Notes: generated from the letters alone by a model not told the origin. Shown: positions 40,839 to 51,259, numbered from the stretch's first letter. The stretch: 64,000 bases of DNA from Candidatus Cloacimonadales bacterium (GCA_963665815.1 OY762463.1:3680001-3744000), one strand, 5' to 3'. Program-made: numbers and translations.

Positions 40839-42234
40839 CCAATACTCCTAAGACCATAATTGATGCTACTACTATAAGATATGAACTCCATCTCAGAATT
40901 CTAGGTTTGGATAACCAGAACTCATTGATATCCATATTTGAATTGTATTCCATTGCAATCAGAATAATTATTCCAACGAAAGAATGACTGAGAGAACGGG
41001 GATCAATGAACACGCTTCCCGGTTTCAGTGTTGCAATACCCTTAAGAATAGCCCATGCCTGCTGGAAGTTTGATGCTCTGAAGAAGATCAGTCCCAGACA
41101 TAATATGATAAAAGTAAGCATATATCTGAAATAAATACTTACAGTGTAAAGCTTCATTTTCTTAAGTCGTTTATCTAATTTCTTTCTCGTTTTTCGCATG
41201 AGAATATCGTAAATCAAGAACACTGCCTGCCAGATCCCCCAGATAACAAAAGTCCAGTCAGCGCCATGCCACAATCCACTCAATAAGAAAGTTATGAATG
41301 TGAAAAAGCATATTCTGAACATTGTCGGATTTTTTTCAACGAGTGGGAAATATAAGTAGTCTTTTAACCAGGTTGTAAGTGATATGTGATTCTTCTGCCA
41401 GTATTTGGTAACATTGGCAGAGAAATAAGGGAATCGGAAGTTAACCATCAAGTCAAAGCCCATGATTCTGGCAGAACCTCTTGCCAGATCGGAATATCCG
41501 GAGAAGTCACAATATATCTGAAACGCGAATAGTATTGTTGCCAGCATATATGAGATACCGTTGTGGTGTGGGTAGTGATTGAAAACAGCATCAACATAAG
41601 TTGCAGCACGATCAGCAATAACAATTTTCTTGAACATTCCCCAAAGCATGAGACGTAGTCCCTGAGTGGCTTTATCTGTATCAAAAGTGTGTTTTCTGTA
41701 AAACTGTGGGAGAAGGTTGGTCGCTCTTTCTATTGGACCAGCCACAAGTTGTGGGAAAAAGGATACAAACAGAGCAAATATCCCGAAGTTCTTCTCCACC
41801 TTTAACTTCCCTTTGTAAACATCAATTGTGTAGCTTAATGCTTGGAAAGTGAAGAAAGAAATACCAACAGGAAGCAAAATCTTTGGCAAAGGGATTTTTA
41901 TAAGAAGTCCCATACTGCTCATGATATAGTTTATCGATTCTCCAAAAAAAATGAAGTACTTATAATAATATAGTGCTGATAGACTTAGCACTACTGATGT
42001 TATCAATGTGATTCTTTTTGTCTTTTTATTCTCAGCCTTGTTTATGGCTAAACCTGCAAGATAATTTATCCCCGTTACTCCCAAAAGAAGTATTGCATAT
42101 TCCGGTTTCCAGCACATGTAAAAGTAGTAGCTGGCAATCAACAGCAATAACCATCTTACTTTATGTGGTATTGAAAAGTAGAGAATGGTTACAACTGGGA
42201 AAAAAACTAAAAACTCAAATGAGTTGAAAAGCAT
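40807..42234 (-). CDS. MBOAT O-acyltransferase (AlgI/PatA/DltB family), second copy
   Basis: MLFNS, LPVGISFFTFQ, FFPQLVAGPIER, QIYCDFSGYSD, GLWHGA, FIYFQF. Confidence 0.92.
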   Translation of the reverse strand: MLFNSFEFLVFFPVVTILYFSIPHKVRWLLLLIASYYFYMCWKPEYAILLLGVTGINYLAGLAINKAENKKTKRITLITSVVLSLSALYYYKYFIFFGESINYIMSSMGLLIKIPLPKILLPVGISFFTFQALSYTIDVYKGKLKVEKNFGIFALFVSFFPQLVAGPIERATNLLPQFYRKHTFDTDKATQGLRLMLWGMFKKIVIADRAATYVDAVFNHYPHHNGISYMLATILFAFQIYCDFSGYSDLARGSARIMGFDLMVNFRFPYFSANVTKYWQKNHISLTTWLKDYLYFPLVEKNPTMFRICFFTFITFLLSGLWHGADWTFVIWGIWQAVFLIYDILMRKTRKKLDKRLKKMKLYTVSIYFRYMLTFIILCLGLIFFRASNFQQAWAILKGIATLKPGSVFIDPRSLSHSFVGIIILIAMEYNSNMDINEFWLSKPRILRWSSYLIVVASIMVLGVLDESQFIYFQF

Positions 42235-42501
42235 TTATACTTTCTCCAAATTATAAAATTTCATTGTGTAAAGACATATTCAATATTAAGATTTCAAGTC
42301 AAGAAATAAATTAGAGATGATACTCAGTTGTTTACTTTCCGGCAATCTGCAAGTTCTCAATAACACGCTCAGGAAAATTTATTATTTTGCAAATGATAAA
42401 TCTATATAAACCAGAGCTCTAAAAACAAAAATTACAAAATTAGTTGACAAAAAAAACTATTTACAAGTGTTAATTTACTTACGTAAGGAAATTGTGATGG
42501 A

Positions 42502-42557
42502 ATGTATATGGGGTGTAGAACAATGCAATAACTGTGTTCCTATCCTCCGATATACAT
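42502..42557 (+). promoter_or_regulatory. Long 5'-leader hairpin upstream of the small secreted protein gene
   Basis: ATGTATAT-GGGG..TAG-AACA / TGTT..CTA..CTCC-G-ATATACAT; TTGACA at 42444. Confidence 0.5.
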
Positions 42558-42599
42558 ATTTGGAAATTAACTACTTAAGAACTCTTTAAAGGAGGAGTA

Positions 42600-42959
42600 A
42601 TGAAAAAATTATTATTAGCAATCATCTTCTGTTTCTCATTCATACTGTTGATAGCTGGCGGAATTGATGAAATCTATGAACTATCATGTGATCTAGATGC
42701 AGAAACCGGACATTATGTGATGGATGCAGTAACAAATATTGGAAATGTTCAGGTTCAAGGATTGGACGATATAAAGATATTTACTGATGAAGAGATTGAA
42801 GAGCTAAAAAACATGAGGATGATAGCGTGGACAGCAACTGATTATACGTCTCTTGTTGTATGTTCTGGTCGAGGATATGATTGCTGGACTTATATTAATC
42901 GAGCAATTGAACTCCATAAGCACTTTAAGGAAATGATGGACGAATTTAACAATCTGTAG
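42600..42959 (+). CDS. Small secreted protein with CxGxGxxC motif
   Basis: Strong AAGGAGGAG RBS, signal peptide, acidic mid-region, CSGRGYDC. Confidence 0.75.
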   Translation: MKKLLLAIIFCFSFILLIAGGIDEIYELSCDLDAETGHYVMDAVTNIGNVQVQGLDDIKIFTDEEIEELKNMRMIAWTATDYTSLVVCSGRGYDCWTYINRAIELHKHFKEMMDEFNNL

Positions 42960-42964
42960 ACAGA

Positions 42965-42995
42965 ATGGTCAGGGGGATTCCTCTGACCGTTTTTT
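42965..42995 (+). terminator. Intrinsic terminator/stabilising hairpin inside the operon
   Basis: ATGGTCAGGGG-GATT-CCTCTGACCGT followed by a T run. Confidence 0.8.
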
Positions 42996-43014
42996 ACTCT
43001 GTAAAGGGGGAAAA

Positions 43015-44175
43015 TTGAGAAAATTTACATGCCTGATATTATGTATACTTCTCTATAATTGCAAATTGAATGCTGTAAGTGTTAAGAATACAAAAGAAGA
43101 AAGAATTTTTAATACTAATGAAAAAGTGGTGATTGAATCTTCAGGATATATTGATGATACCCAGAGAATACTATTTCTAACTGTTCCCGATACAACTTTT
43201 TTTGGAACGAATCTGTTTGAGAAGACGAGAAAGTTCTTTGCTTACGATATTGAAAGCAAAGCATTCGAAGAAATTTTAGTGCCTGATGGTCATAATGCAA
43301 ATTCACTGAAAGTACCCTCATATGTATCAGTTATTGAAGATACTCTTTTCTACTTGGATTCCGGTGCCAACAGAATCTCAGCTATGAAGTACATTGATGA
43401 GAAACTTAAAAATCAATATACGTTTGATTTGGGTTACAGATTAAAAGGAGGAGTATTTAATATTATAGACTCAAAAATGTACACGTCTAAGTCTATGGAA
43501 GGGTATAAATTGAATAAAATCTTGAGTGTCTATGATATTATACAGGATAGTCAGTACAGAGATTCAAAGATTTTGAGTGATGGAAAACATTTCATGGAAT
43601 ACACAAAATATCGTGATCAATTGGATTACAGAATTAACAAAATTCTCAAAATCAGGGCAGAAATAGATAGTAGTTCAATGATGATTGATATGACTGAGAC
43701 TCTACTATCTGAGAACTCTTACTTTGCAGTAAATACGTTTAAATATCATGATAAAATTTTCGCTCTTAACGGATGTGGAACTGATATTTATGAAATTGAC
43801 GGAGATTCCGAAAAACTTTATACAACAATTGATACTGTGCTGTCACTTAGGAAGCAGGAAGTTTCAATATTGAAAGAACATAAACTAACACCTGGGCAAT
43901 TCAATACTTATGCAAAGATTAGAAAAGTGTTTTGTGATGAAAATAATAACATGATTATGATCTATTTGAAAAGGATGAAAAGGGTGAAAGAAGCATCGGG
44001 AAATCCGAAAGATTATCTGATTATCAAATTTACAGGTAACAACAATGCAGATGATGAAGTAGTATTTCCCATTGATTTTATGCCTGTTTACTATAATGAA
44101 GAAACAAGCACATTTTATGGTTTGAAAAAAGACGATGGCATACTGAAATATGTCGAGTATAAAATAGAGGTATAA
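43015..44175 (+). CDS. Secreted hypothetical protein, probable beta-propeller
   Basis: TTG start with GGGGG RBS; signal peptide; beta-rich segments such as PSYVSVIEDTLFYLDSGANRI. Confidence 0.6.
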   Translation: MRKFTCLILCILLYNCKLNAVSVKNTKEERIFNTNEKVVIESSGYIDDTQRILFLTVPDTTFFGTNLFEKTRKFFAYDIESKAFEEILVPDGHNANSLKVPSYVSVIEDTLFYLDSGANRISAMKYIDEKLKNQYTFDLGYRLKGGVFNIIDSKMYTSKSMEGYKLNKILSVYDIIQDSQYRDSKILSDGKHFMEYTKYRDQLDYRINKILKIRAEIDSSSMMIDMTETLLSENSYFAVNTFKYHDKIFALNGCGTDIYEIDGDSEKLYTTIDTVLSLRKQEVSILKEHKLTPGQFNTYAKIRKVFCDENNNMIMIYLKRMKRVKEASGNPKDYLIIKFTGNNNADDEVVFPIDFMPVYYNEETSTFYGLKKDDGILKYVEYKIEV

Positions 44176-44757
44176 ATGAAGATATTATCAGTAAGTTTAA
44201 TTCTTTTTTCTGCATGTATTTCAATATACTCGATGAATGAAATGATAGAGAAAAAAGTTACAAAATACTATGATTACAGTAAGATTGCGGACTCTCTTTT
44301 ATTTAAGTACAAACTGACAGATATTAAAGAGAATGAGATTGATTTTTCTGACAGGATATATAAAGCAGAAGATCCGATTCTGCTTTGTATTGCAACACCA
44401 TATTCATGTTCTTCCTGTAATGCTTCATTTTACCCAATGCTGAATGAGTTCACAAAACTTGATTCGAACAGAACATGTTTTATCATAGAAAATCATTATC
44501 TTCGTGATACTATGAAAAGGTTCGATGAAATTGTATCATATATAGAACCGGAAACTCGCATTTTGCTTGATACGGAAGGCAGGAATGCCAGTCTGTTGAA
44601 ATTTGAAGATACAGGAAATAACTTCTGGTTTGTTATTGTAAAGAAAGGGCGAATTAAGCATGTTATAGGTTTTGCTGATTATCAGCATGAGTGTAAGCCG
44701 ATCGGTTACTACATGGAAGAATTATATAAATTCTGGGAAGTTAAAAGCGAAAAGTAG
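44176..44757 (+). CDS. Secreted CxxC thioredoxin-like protein
   Basis: Signal peptide; beta-strand LLCIA followed by CSSC and a helix; later ILLD and FVIVKKGRI strands. Confidence 0.55.
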   Translation: MKILSVSLILFSACISIYSMNEMIEKKVTKYYDYSKIADSLLFKYKLTDIKENEIDFSDRIYKAEDPILLCIATPYSCSSCNASFYPMLNEFTKLDSNRTCFIIENHYLRDTMKRFDEIVSYIEPETRILLDTEGRNASLLKFEDTGNNFWFVIVKKGRIKHVIGFADYQHECKPIGYYMEELYKFWEVKSEK

Positions 44758-44766
44758 TACTCATAT

Positions 44767-44802
44767 AAAAAAAGCTCAGGTAGCAATAACTAACTGAGCT
44801 TA
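44767..44802. terminator. Bidirectional terminator
   Basis: AAGCTCAG.TAG/CTA.CTGAGCTT stem with a flanking A run, between convergent genes. Confidence 0.75.
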
Positions 44803-44821
44803 TCTAAATGTTGGTAGCATT

Positions 44822-46306
44822 TTAGATTTTTAGCCAATCCTCTAGTAGCCTGTTTTCAAGATTTATATCATTTTTATGTGTGAATTCATTAGTTGAGGGA
44901 TCATAATCATAATCCTCTATCCATTCATCATATTTTTCTGCAATCTGTCTGAGAGCATTAAAAATGTAGTGGAGTTCTTCATTGGTTATTGTAGGATGGA
45001 TTGAGAATCTGATCCAGCCCGGTTTCTTGGAAAGATCACCGCTGTCAATCTGTTTTGTGATTGAATGGGAAATTCTCTTCTGGATGTAATACAGGAAATG
45101 ACCGTATGTTCCGGCGCAGGCACAACCACCGCGCATCTGAATACCAAATCTGTCATTAAGCAGTTTTACAACTAGGTTGTAATGTTTATCCTGCATGAAA
45201 AAGGAAATAACACCAAGTCTTTCTTTGTGCCCTTCTTCGAGTATGCGCAATCCGGGGATTTGCGGAAGATTATCGAAAATGAGATCAAGGATTTCCTTTT
45301 CTCTCTTTATAATGTTATCTGTTCCCATTTTCTCTTTAAGCTTAACACATAATGCAAACTTTATTGTTTGAAGGAATGGTGGAGTTCCACCATCTTCACG
45401 AATTTCTATATCATCATAATAACCGACTTCGTTCCAGGGATTAGTCCAGTTAACAGTTCCACCGCCCGGTCTGTCCGGTACTTTATTATCGTACATACAT
45501 TCGTTAAAAATAAGTACACCCGGAGTACCGGGTCCACCAAGGAACTTATGAGGAGAAAGGAATATTGCATCTAACCTTTCGCTTTCTTTTTCAGGATGCA
45601 TGTCAATTTTCACATAAGGCCCCGAACAGGCGTAATCTGCAAAGCAGTATCCACCATATTCATGAATCAAGGAAGCTATCTTATGTACCCGAGGCTGCAT
45701 ACCTGTAACATTTGAGCAGGCAGAAACAGATGCAATCTTCAGAGGACGGTCTTTATACTGCTCCAGCAGTTCTTTCAAATGTTCAACATCAACCAGTCCA
45801 TCGCATGTAGCTTTTATAATGATTACATCAGCAATAGTTTCTATCCAGGAAGTATGATTTGAGTGGTGCTCCATGTGAGTAACAAAAACAACAGGACGTT
45901 TATCATCACTGATAGAGAAGTTTTCACAGTATTTCTCAGGAATCTTCAAACCAAGAATTCTCTGGAGCTTCACAATTGCACCGGTCATTCCGGAACCTGC
46001 GAGTATTATTTTATCACATTCAGAAGCATTAACATGGCTTTTAATTATCTCTTTAGCTTCATGATATGCCTTTGTCATCAAAGTTCCGGTAATAGTTGTT
46101 TCCGTATGAGTGTTCCCGACAAAGGGTCCAAATTTATCAGCAATTGCATTTTCAATTGGCTTATATAGTCTGCCACTTGCTGTCCAGTCTGCATAAACTA
46201 AAGGCTTTACACCATAAGAAGTTTCAAATTTGGCATCATAGCCAATAATATTCTTTCTGAACTGACTGAAATAGTTCTCAAGATTTCCTGAATTTTCTCT
46301 GCTCAT
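44822..46306 (-). CDS. Class V PLP-dependent aminotransferase (cysteine desulfurase-like)
   Basis: YADWTASGR, NTHTE, MEHHSN, SNVTG, SPHKFLGGPG, RGGCACAG. Confidence 0.88.
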   Translation of the reverse strand: MSRENSGNLENYFSQFRKNIIGYDAKFETSYGVKPLVYADWTASGRLYKPIENAIADKFGPFVGNTHTETTITGTLMTKAYHEAKEIIKSHVNASECDKIILAGSGMTGAIVKLQRILGLKIPEKYCENFSISDDKRPVVFVTHMEHHSNHTSWIETIADVIIIKATCDGLVDVEHLKELLEQYKDRPLKIASVSACSNVTGMQPRVHKIASLIHEYGGYCFADYACSGPYVKIDMHPEKESERLDAIFLSPHKFLGGPGTPGVLIFNECMYDNKVPDRPGGGTVNWTNPWNEVGYYDDIEIREDGGTPPFLQTIKFALCVKLKEKMGTDNIIKREKEILDLIFDNLPQIPGLRILEEGHKERLGVISFFMQDKHYNLVVKLLNDRFGIQMRGGCACAGTYGHFLYYIQKRISHSITKQIDSGDLSKKPGWIRFSIHPTITNEELHYIFNALRQIAEKYDEWIEDYDYDPSTNEFTHKNDINLENRLLEDWLKI

Positions 46307-46439
46307 ACTCTATCCAAAAAAAGTTTTTTCTCATTTTTCAATTACTTGATTTTTTTGTCAATTTCTTTAACAGTATTAACTATTAACCTGAAAGAATCAG
46401 AACTGGCTGTTATTGTATAGAATAGGAAGAATGAAGTTA

Positions 46440-47264
46440 TTACATCATTCTCATTGTGCCTTTAAAGAAATCTATGTTTACGGTAAAAATCATTGCTCCC
46501 TGTTTTTTATCAAGATTACCCGTTATTTCTTCAATGCCGGATACAATTCTGTTGATTTTCTCATCAGGGATCAAGGCAATAATTGTTTTACTCTGATTTT
46601 TATTCTCATTCATAAAACCGATAAAGTTTGCGAATATTGGTATGTTTGATATATATTCTCCCATACCGAAAGAATCAAAAACTGTTGCTCCGTCAATGCC
46701 TTCTTCCAGAAAGTACTCAAGAATATCATAGAGAAACTCTTCAATGTACAGAATAACATACATAAGTTTCATTTTTCGCATTTTTTTCTTTTTACCCGAA
46801 GACAGGCTGGTGTTTCTGAAGAGACTCTCTTTTAATGCCTGAACTGTATTTGATGAAATCAATTCCTTTTTTATGCCTGTTTTTCTAAGTAATCCTGAAA
46901 TATAAGCCAGAATCTGAACATGGACATCAACTTGCTCAGCAGGACCGAGAATAACGAAGAATACTTTCACTTTCTTTTTATCAAGGCTGGCAAAATCAAC
47001 ACCCTTGTTTGAAACTGCAATCAGAATAATGAATTGATCTAATCCTTCAATTCTTGCGTGAGGAATTGCTATTTCATCTCCGAAACCTGTTGTACCCTGA
47101 TTTTCTCTGTCCATAAGTTTCTGATAAATAGTTGAAACTGGAATATCTTTTAATTTTATGTGTCTTCCTGCAAGCTCTGCAAGACCTTTTATGGCATCTT
47201 TTTTTGAATTAGGGTTGAAACCGACCGCACTACAATCCGCACTGAAAAATTCTGTATAATCCAT
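46440..47264 (-). CDS. PTS EIIA(Ntr/Fru)-domain protein fused to a P-II-like domain
   Basis: RE..GTTGFG..IAIPHAR, GVDFASLD; C-terminal GIDGATVFDSFGMG...GAMIFTV. Confidence 0.8.
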   Translation of the reverse strand: MDYTEFFSADCSAVGFNPNSKKDAIKGLAELAGRHIKLKDIPVSTIYQKLMDRENQGTTGFGDEIAIPHARIEGLDQFIILIAVSNKGVDFASLDKKKVKVFFVILGPAEQVDVHVQILAYISGLLRKTGIKKELISSNTVQALKESLFRNTSLSSGKKKKMRKMKLMYVILYIEEFLYDILEYFLEEGIDGATVFDSFGMGEYISNIPIFANFIGFMNENKNQSKTIIALIPDEKINRIVSGIEEITGNLDKKQGAMIFTVNIDFFKGTMRMM

Positions 47265-48514
47265 TATTTCTCCATGTCATTGCCTCTGATTATCGCATAT
47301 CTCGATAAAGAAGGGCCTATAAGTTCGTTAACGAAAACTGAAAGAAGAACAATATTTATCATGTTATCTATAATAACAACCTGATCGGCAGGAAGCAGTT
47401 TTACAAGTGGGGAGGCCTGAATTAACAGTACCAATCCGATTGCTACACCTGCCTGCGGAAGCATACATACTCCCAGATATTTTCTTATTCTGGATTGTGA
47501 TCCACTGATAAGACAACCTGTGTAAACTCCTGTATATTTCCCTATAGCTCTGAATAAAATATAAACTGAGCCGAGAAGCAGAACACTTTTGTTCATGAAA
47601 ATTTCAGGTTGAAGTTCTGTTCCTGCTATTACAAAAAACAATGCATAGACCGGTGGGGATAAAGGTTCCAGAATTCTGAAAATTCTGTGGTTTCTCGGTG
47701 AGAGATTAATCAGTATTGCTCCGGCTGCCATATTCATAAGCAGAGGTGACATGTGAAAAATTATTGCTGTTGCAGTGCTGATGAATATTATTCCAAGACT
47801 GATGATAAGTATTTCATTATTATTGTTTTTTTTACGGGTTGTAATATGAATAATATATCCGCTGACGAGACCAATAGTAATAGATATCGCCACTTCCATG
47901 AATGCATGCATTACGACAACAAAACTACTTTCATTCCCCCCGGGATTCAGCATTCCTGAAACAATGGCAAATACTACACCAAAAAGAATTACACATCCTG
48001 CATCATCCAGTGCAACAACACCATAAAGGTAGTCAATAAAAACACCATGGGCACGTAATGATTGTACTATTGCAACAGTTGCAGCAGGTGCAGTGGCAGC
48101 GGCAATAGCTCCGAGAAGAAGAGCGAAAGGCAGATCTAACTTAAAGATCCACAGGGATATTGTCACCGATAGAAAAGTAAATAGAATCTGTACTACCGTT
48201 ATTATCAGAATTGCTTTCCCCATCCGCTTCAGCTTTTTCCAGTAGAACTCTCCACCGATTGTAAGAGCAATAAGTCCAAGAGCTACTTCCGTAATTGTTC
48301 GCAGGGACTCATTCATATGGTGAGGAATAACTTGTAACACAGAATCACCAAGAAGAATACCTGCAATAATGAATCCGGTGATCTCCGGTAGTTTTACTTT
48401 TGCAGATAACTTGCCAATAATATATCCAACAATGAGTAAAGTTCCTACTGAGAACAAAGGGTGCTCATTCATTGTATGCTTCAATGAATTCAGATATAAG
48501 AATAATTCGTTCAT
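47264..48514 (-). CDS. Cation:proton antiporter (CPA2 family)
   Basis: LPEITGFIIAGILLG, ATAPAAT, VALDDA, FFVIAG, PQAGVAIGL. Confidence 0.88.
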   Translation of the reverse strand: MNELFLYLNSLKHTMNEHPLFSVGTLLIVGYIIGKLSAKVKLPEITGFIIAGILLGDSVLQVIPHHMNESLRTITEVALGLIALTIGGEFYWKKLKRMGKAILIITVVQILFTFLSVTISLWIFKLDLPFALLLGAIAAATAPAATVAIVQSLRAHGVFIDYLYGVVALDDAGCVILFGVVFAIVSGMLNPGGNESSFVVVMHAFMEVAISITIGLVSGYIIHITTRKKNNNNEILIISLGIIFISTATAIIFHMSPLLMNMAAGAILINLSPRNHRIFRILEPLSPPVYALFFVIAGTELQPEIFMNKSVLLLGSVYILFRAIGKYTGVYTGCLISGSQSRIRKYLGVCMLPQAGVAIGLVLLIQASPLVKLLPADQVVIIDNMINIVLLSVFVNELIGPSLSRYAIIRGNDMEK

Positions 48515-48686
48515 ATTTCTTTCCCGATGAATTTATCCATTATTGCTCTTAATATTAAAGGCTGTCAATATTTGTTTTATTTTCTGATTCTATTTGAGGG
48601 TTTTGCATAGCTGAAAAATCAAACAGCTTAGGTTAATAAGAATATATTGAGTCATCTACTCCCAATTATGCAAAGGGCTCTATAGG

Positions 48687-49121
48687 TTATACTTCTTCAA
48701 GTACAGGACCTGTTCCGGGTATAAGTTTTCCGTTAAAATATTTCTCGCGATTTGATTTGGCTTCTTCTGCCCATTTCTCGAATCCAAGAAGTTTTATTCG
48801 GCATAGATTGTACATCTTGTAATTATGAGGGAACTTACTTGCACCATCTGCACAGGTGAGGAACTTTCCACATGGGAACTCATCGCACTCATAACAGAAC
48901 TCATACCCTTTTTCTGAAACACAATCCCAGGTTTTACAGGCAAATGCATCCATTATTTTCCCTTTCTGATCTCTACAGCCTTTGCAATATACTAAAGCTT
49001 CCGGAATGTTCATATTTTTACTGATCATTTCAACAAGTTCTTCAGTAATATTATCCTCATGTAAATCGCAATTGAAGCAGTCAATTCCGCATGGTGCAGT
49101 AAGGTTTCTTATATCTTTCAT
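48687..49121 (-). CDS. DUF3795 family Cys-rich protein
   Basis: APCGIDCFNC, CKGCR, CKTWDC, FCYECDEFPC. Confidence 0.85.
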   Translation of the reverse strand: MKDIRNLTAPCGIDCFNCDLHEDNITEELVEMISKNMNIPEALVYCKGCRDQKGKIMDAFACKTWDCVSEKGYEFCYECDEFPCGKFLTCADGASKFPHNYKMYNLCRIKLLGFEKWAEEAKSNREKYFNGKLIPGTGPVLEEV

Positions 49122-49274
49122 TAAATCTCCTTTACATAATCATCAATCTGTCAAAAAATATCATTGTAGATTGACCATGCTGATTCAACACTGATTATTG
49201 GTCAATTTAATAAACAGATTTGTGAATTTCAGTATTTTACTGAAACAGTCAAAATCACTTAAAAGAGGATAAAT

Positions 49275-50219
49275 ATGAGATTTGCGATTGTGGTATCAAT
49301 TTTGTTAATGATACTGATGGGTTGTTCTGAAAACAGACCTGAGAAGGGTGATGGAATGGATTTCAGTGCGTTCTGGAAATATCAGGATCCGGGAGCTACA
49401 CACAGGGAATTAGATAAACTGCTCGAGGATACTTCGGTAGAACAAAAACTTACAAGAGCTGAGATTTTGACTCAAATGGCTAGAGCGAGAGGTTTGCAGC
49501 AAAGATTCGAAGAGGGTGAGAAATACTTGATGAGAGCTCTGAAATTGATTGGTGGAAATGATAAATCCAGAGCATATATGAGATATCTGCTTGAATATGG
49601 ACGTTTGAGACTTTCAGCTAAAGATGTTAATGCCGCTAGAATTTCATTCCTTACTGTCTGGGATAAAGCTCGACAATATAATTATCCATCTCTTGCTGTT
49701 GATGCAGCTCATATGATGGCAATTGTAGAGGAACCTGAAAAACAACTTGGCTGGAGTGAAAAAGCAATTGAATACATTGAAAACTCTGAAAGCAATAAAG
49801 TCTCAGGATGGCTTGGACCATTATATAATAATACCGGATGGAGTTATCACGATCTTGGTCAATATGACAAAGCAATGGAGCTTTTTAAGAAAAGCTACGA
49901 TTTTCGTAAAGCCAGAAACGACACTATGAGTATACTTGTTGCAGAATGGACGATTGCAAGAGGAATGAGGTCTCTCAATCAGATTGAAGAAGCAAAAAAG
50001 ATTCAGCTAAAACTGGAAAACGAGTTTCTGGAATTTACAGGTAAGCCTTATGGTTATGTATACGAAGAGCTGATGGAAATTGCTCTAATTGAGAAAGATA
50101 ATGAAAAAGTAAAGGAATATGCCCAAAAAGCTTATGATATTATGTCAAAAGATAAGTATACACTGACATATGAGAGGAATAAGTTAGATCGATTCAAAGA
50201 ACTGGCTGAAGGTATATAA
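49275..50219 (+). CDS. TPR-repeat lipoprotein
   Basis: Lipobox LMGC; LTQMARARGL, DAAHMMAI, LYNNTGWSYHDLGQYDKA. Confidence 0.8.
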   Translation: MRFAIVVSILLMILMGCSENRPEKGDGMDFSAFWKYQDPGATHRELDKLLEDTSVEQKLTRAEILTQMARARGLQQRFEEGEKYLMRALKLIGGNDKSRAYMRYLLEYGRLRLSAKDVNAARISFLTVWDKARQYNYPSLAVDAAHMMAIVEEPEKQLGWSEKAIEYIENSESNKVSGWLGPLYNNTGWSYHDLGQYDKAMELFKKSYDFRKARNDTMSILVAEWTIARGMRSLNQIEEAKKIQLKLENEFLEFTGKPYGYVYEELMEIALIEKDNEKVKEYAQKAYDIMSKDKYTLTYERNKLDRFKELAEGI

Positions 50220-50384
50220 TACTTAATAAAGTCTTTGAAAACTGTATAATCATGTTTTCGGATAATGAAGTATTGATGAGACTTTCGAATTTTTCAAGAA
50301 TGTCTGTTTAAAGCAAAACTTGAGGATTTCTAAAAAAATGAATCATCTGATCCAATCATGCAAAGATCTCTTAATTTGTACATA

Positions 50385-51050
50385 ATGAAAAAAAATATAA
50401 ACAAAATTGATAAATATTTAAGTTCCGGAGTCATTACATTTCTGCTCCGGGGCTTTTTGCTTTTATATTTTGCATTGATTGTTAATTATCAGATTGTCAG
50501 ATTATCTGTAGATGATAGTCATTATATTGATGATGATTCGAATGTTGAATATGAGTATGGGCTTGTTCTGGGAACAACTCCTTCAATACGTGGGAAGGAG
50601 TATCCTTTTTTCTGGCATAGAATTGACGCTGCTGTTAAGCTGTATGAAAATGGCAATGTTAAAAAGCTCATTGTTTCCGGTAGAGTTGGAGAGAGAGGCT
50701 ATCACGAACCTCTGGCAATGAAGAAAGCTCTTTTGAAAAGAGGAATTCCGGAAGATTGTATTGTTATGGATAAACATGGAGACAGGACAATATACTCAAT
50801 TTACAGAGCAAAACATGTTTTTAAGTTGAATAGATTTATCATAATTTCCCAGAAATTCCACAATGAAAGAGCTTTGACAATTGCAAAACATTATGATCTG
50901 AATTGTGTAGCCTTTAATGCTGAAAATGATTCGTTTATTCCTCTGGGAAGAGTTGTAATTCGTGAGCATTTAGCAAGAGTTAAAATGTATTTCGACTTTA
51001 TTCTGAAGACTAAAGTACCTGAACAAAACGACAGTTTCTTGCATAATTGA
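50385..51050 (+). CDS. SanA/YdcF (DUF218) family protein
   Basis: GLVLGT, RIDAAVKLY, LIVSG, EPLAMKKAL, ISQKFHNERA, REHLARVK. Confidence 0.88.
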   Translation: MKKNINKIDKYLSSGVITFLLRGFLLLYFALIVNYQIVRLSVDDSHYIDDDSNVEYEYGLVLGTTPSIRGKEYPFFWHRIDAAVKLYENGNVKKLIVSGRVGERGYHEPLAMKKALLKRGIPEDCIVMDKHGDRTIYSIYRAKHVFKLNRFIIISQKFHNERALTIAKHYDLNCVAFNAENDSFIPLGRVVIREHLARVKMYFDFILKTKVPEQNDSFLHN

Positions 51051-51259
51051 AACTTGCTCAGAACGTAATTTTCCATAAAAACAATTTATTAATACTTCTT
51101 TACAATTAAGTATCAAAACAGAAAAAGTGTTTCAGTAAACAGGTGGTTGTGATTTGTAATAATGTTAACAACTTGTTTTATATCAAGTAATTATGTTATA
51201 AAGATATATTTTTATAATACGAAAATAGTTTAGATGCAAATCTTCTGAATGGAGGAAAA

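Noticed and set aside
34530..44757. Accessory block as an integron cassette array
   Set aside because: Mixed gene orientations, no recurring attC-like RYYYAAC...GTTRRRY sites and no integrase.
50228..50286. Imperfect hairpin after the TPR lipoprotein gene
   Set aside because: AT-rich weak stem with no U-tract and no second copy seen; not supportable as a feature.
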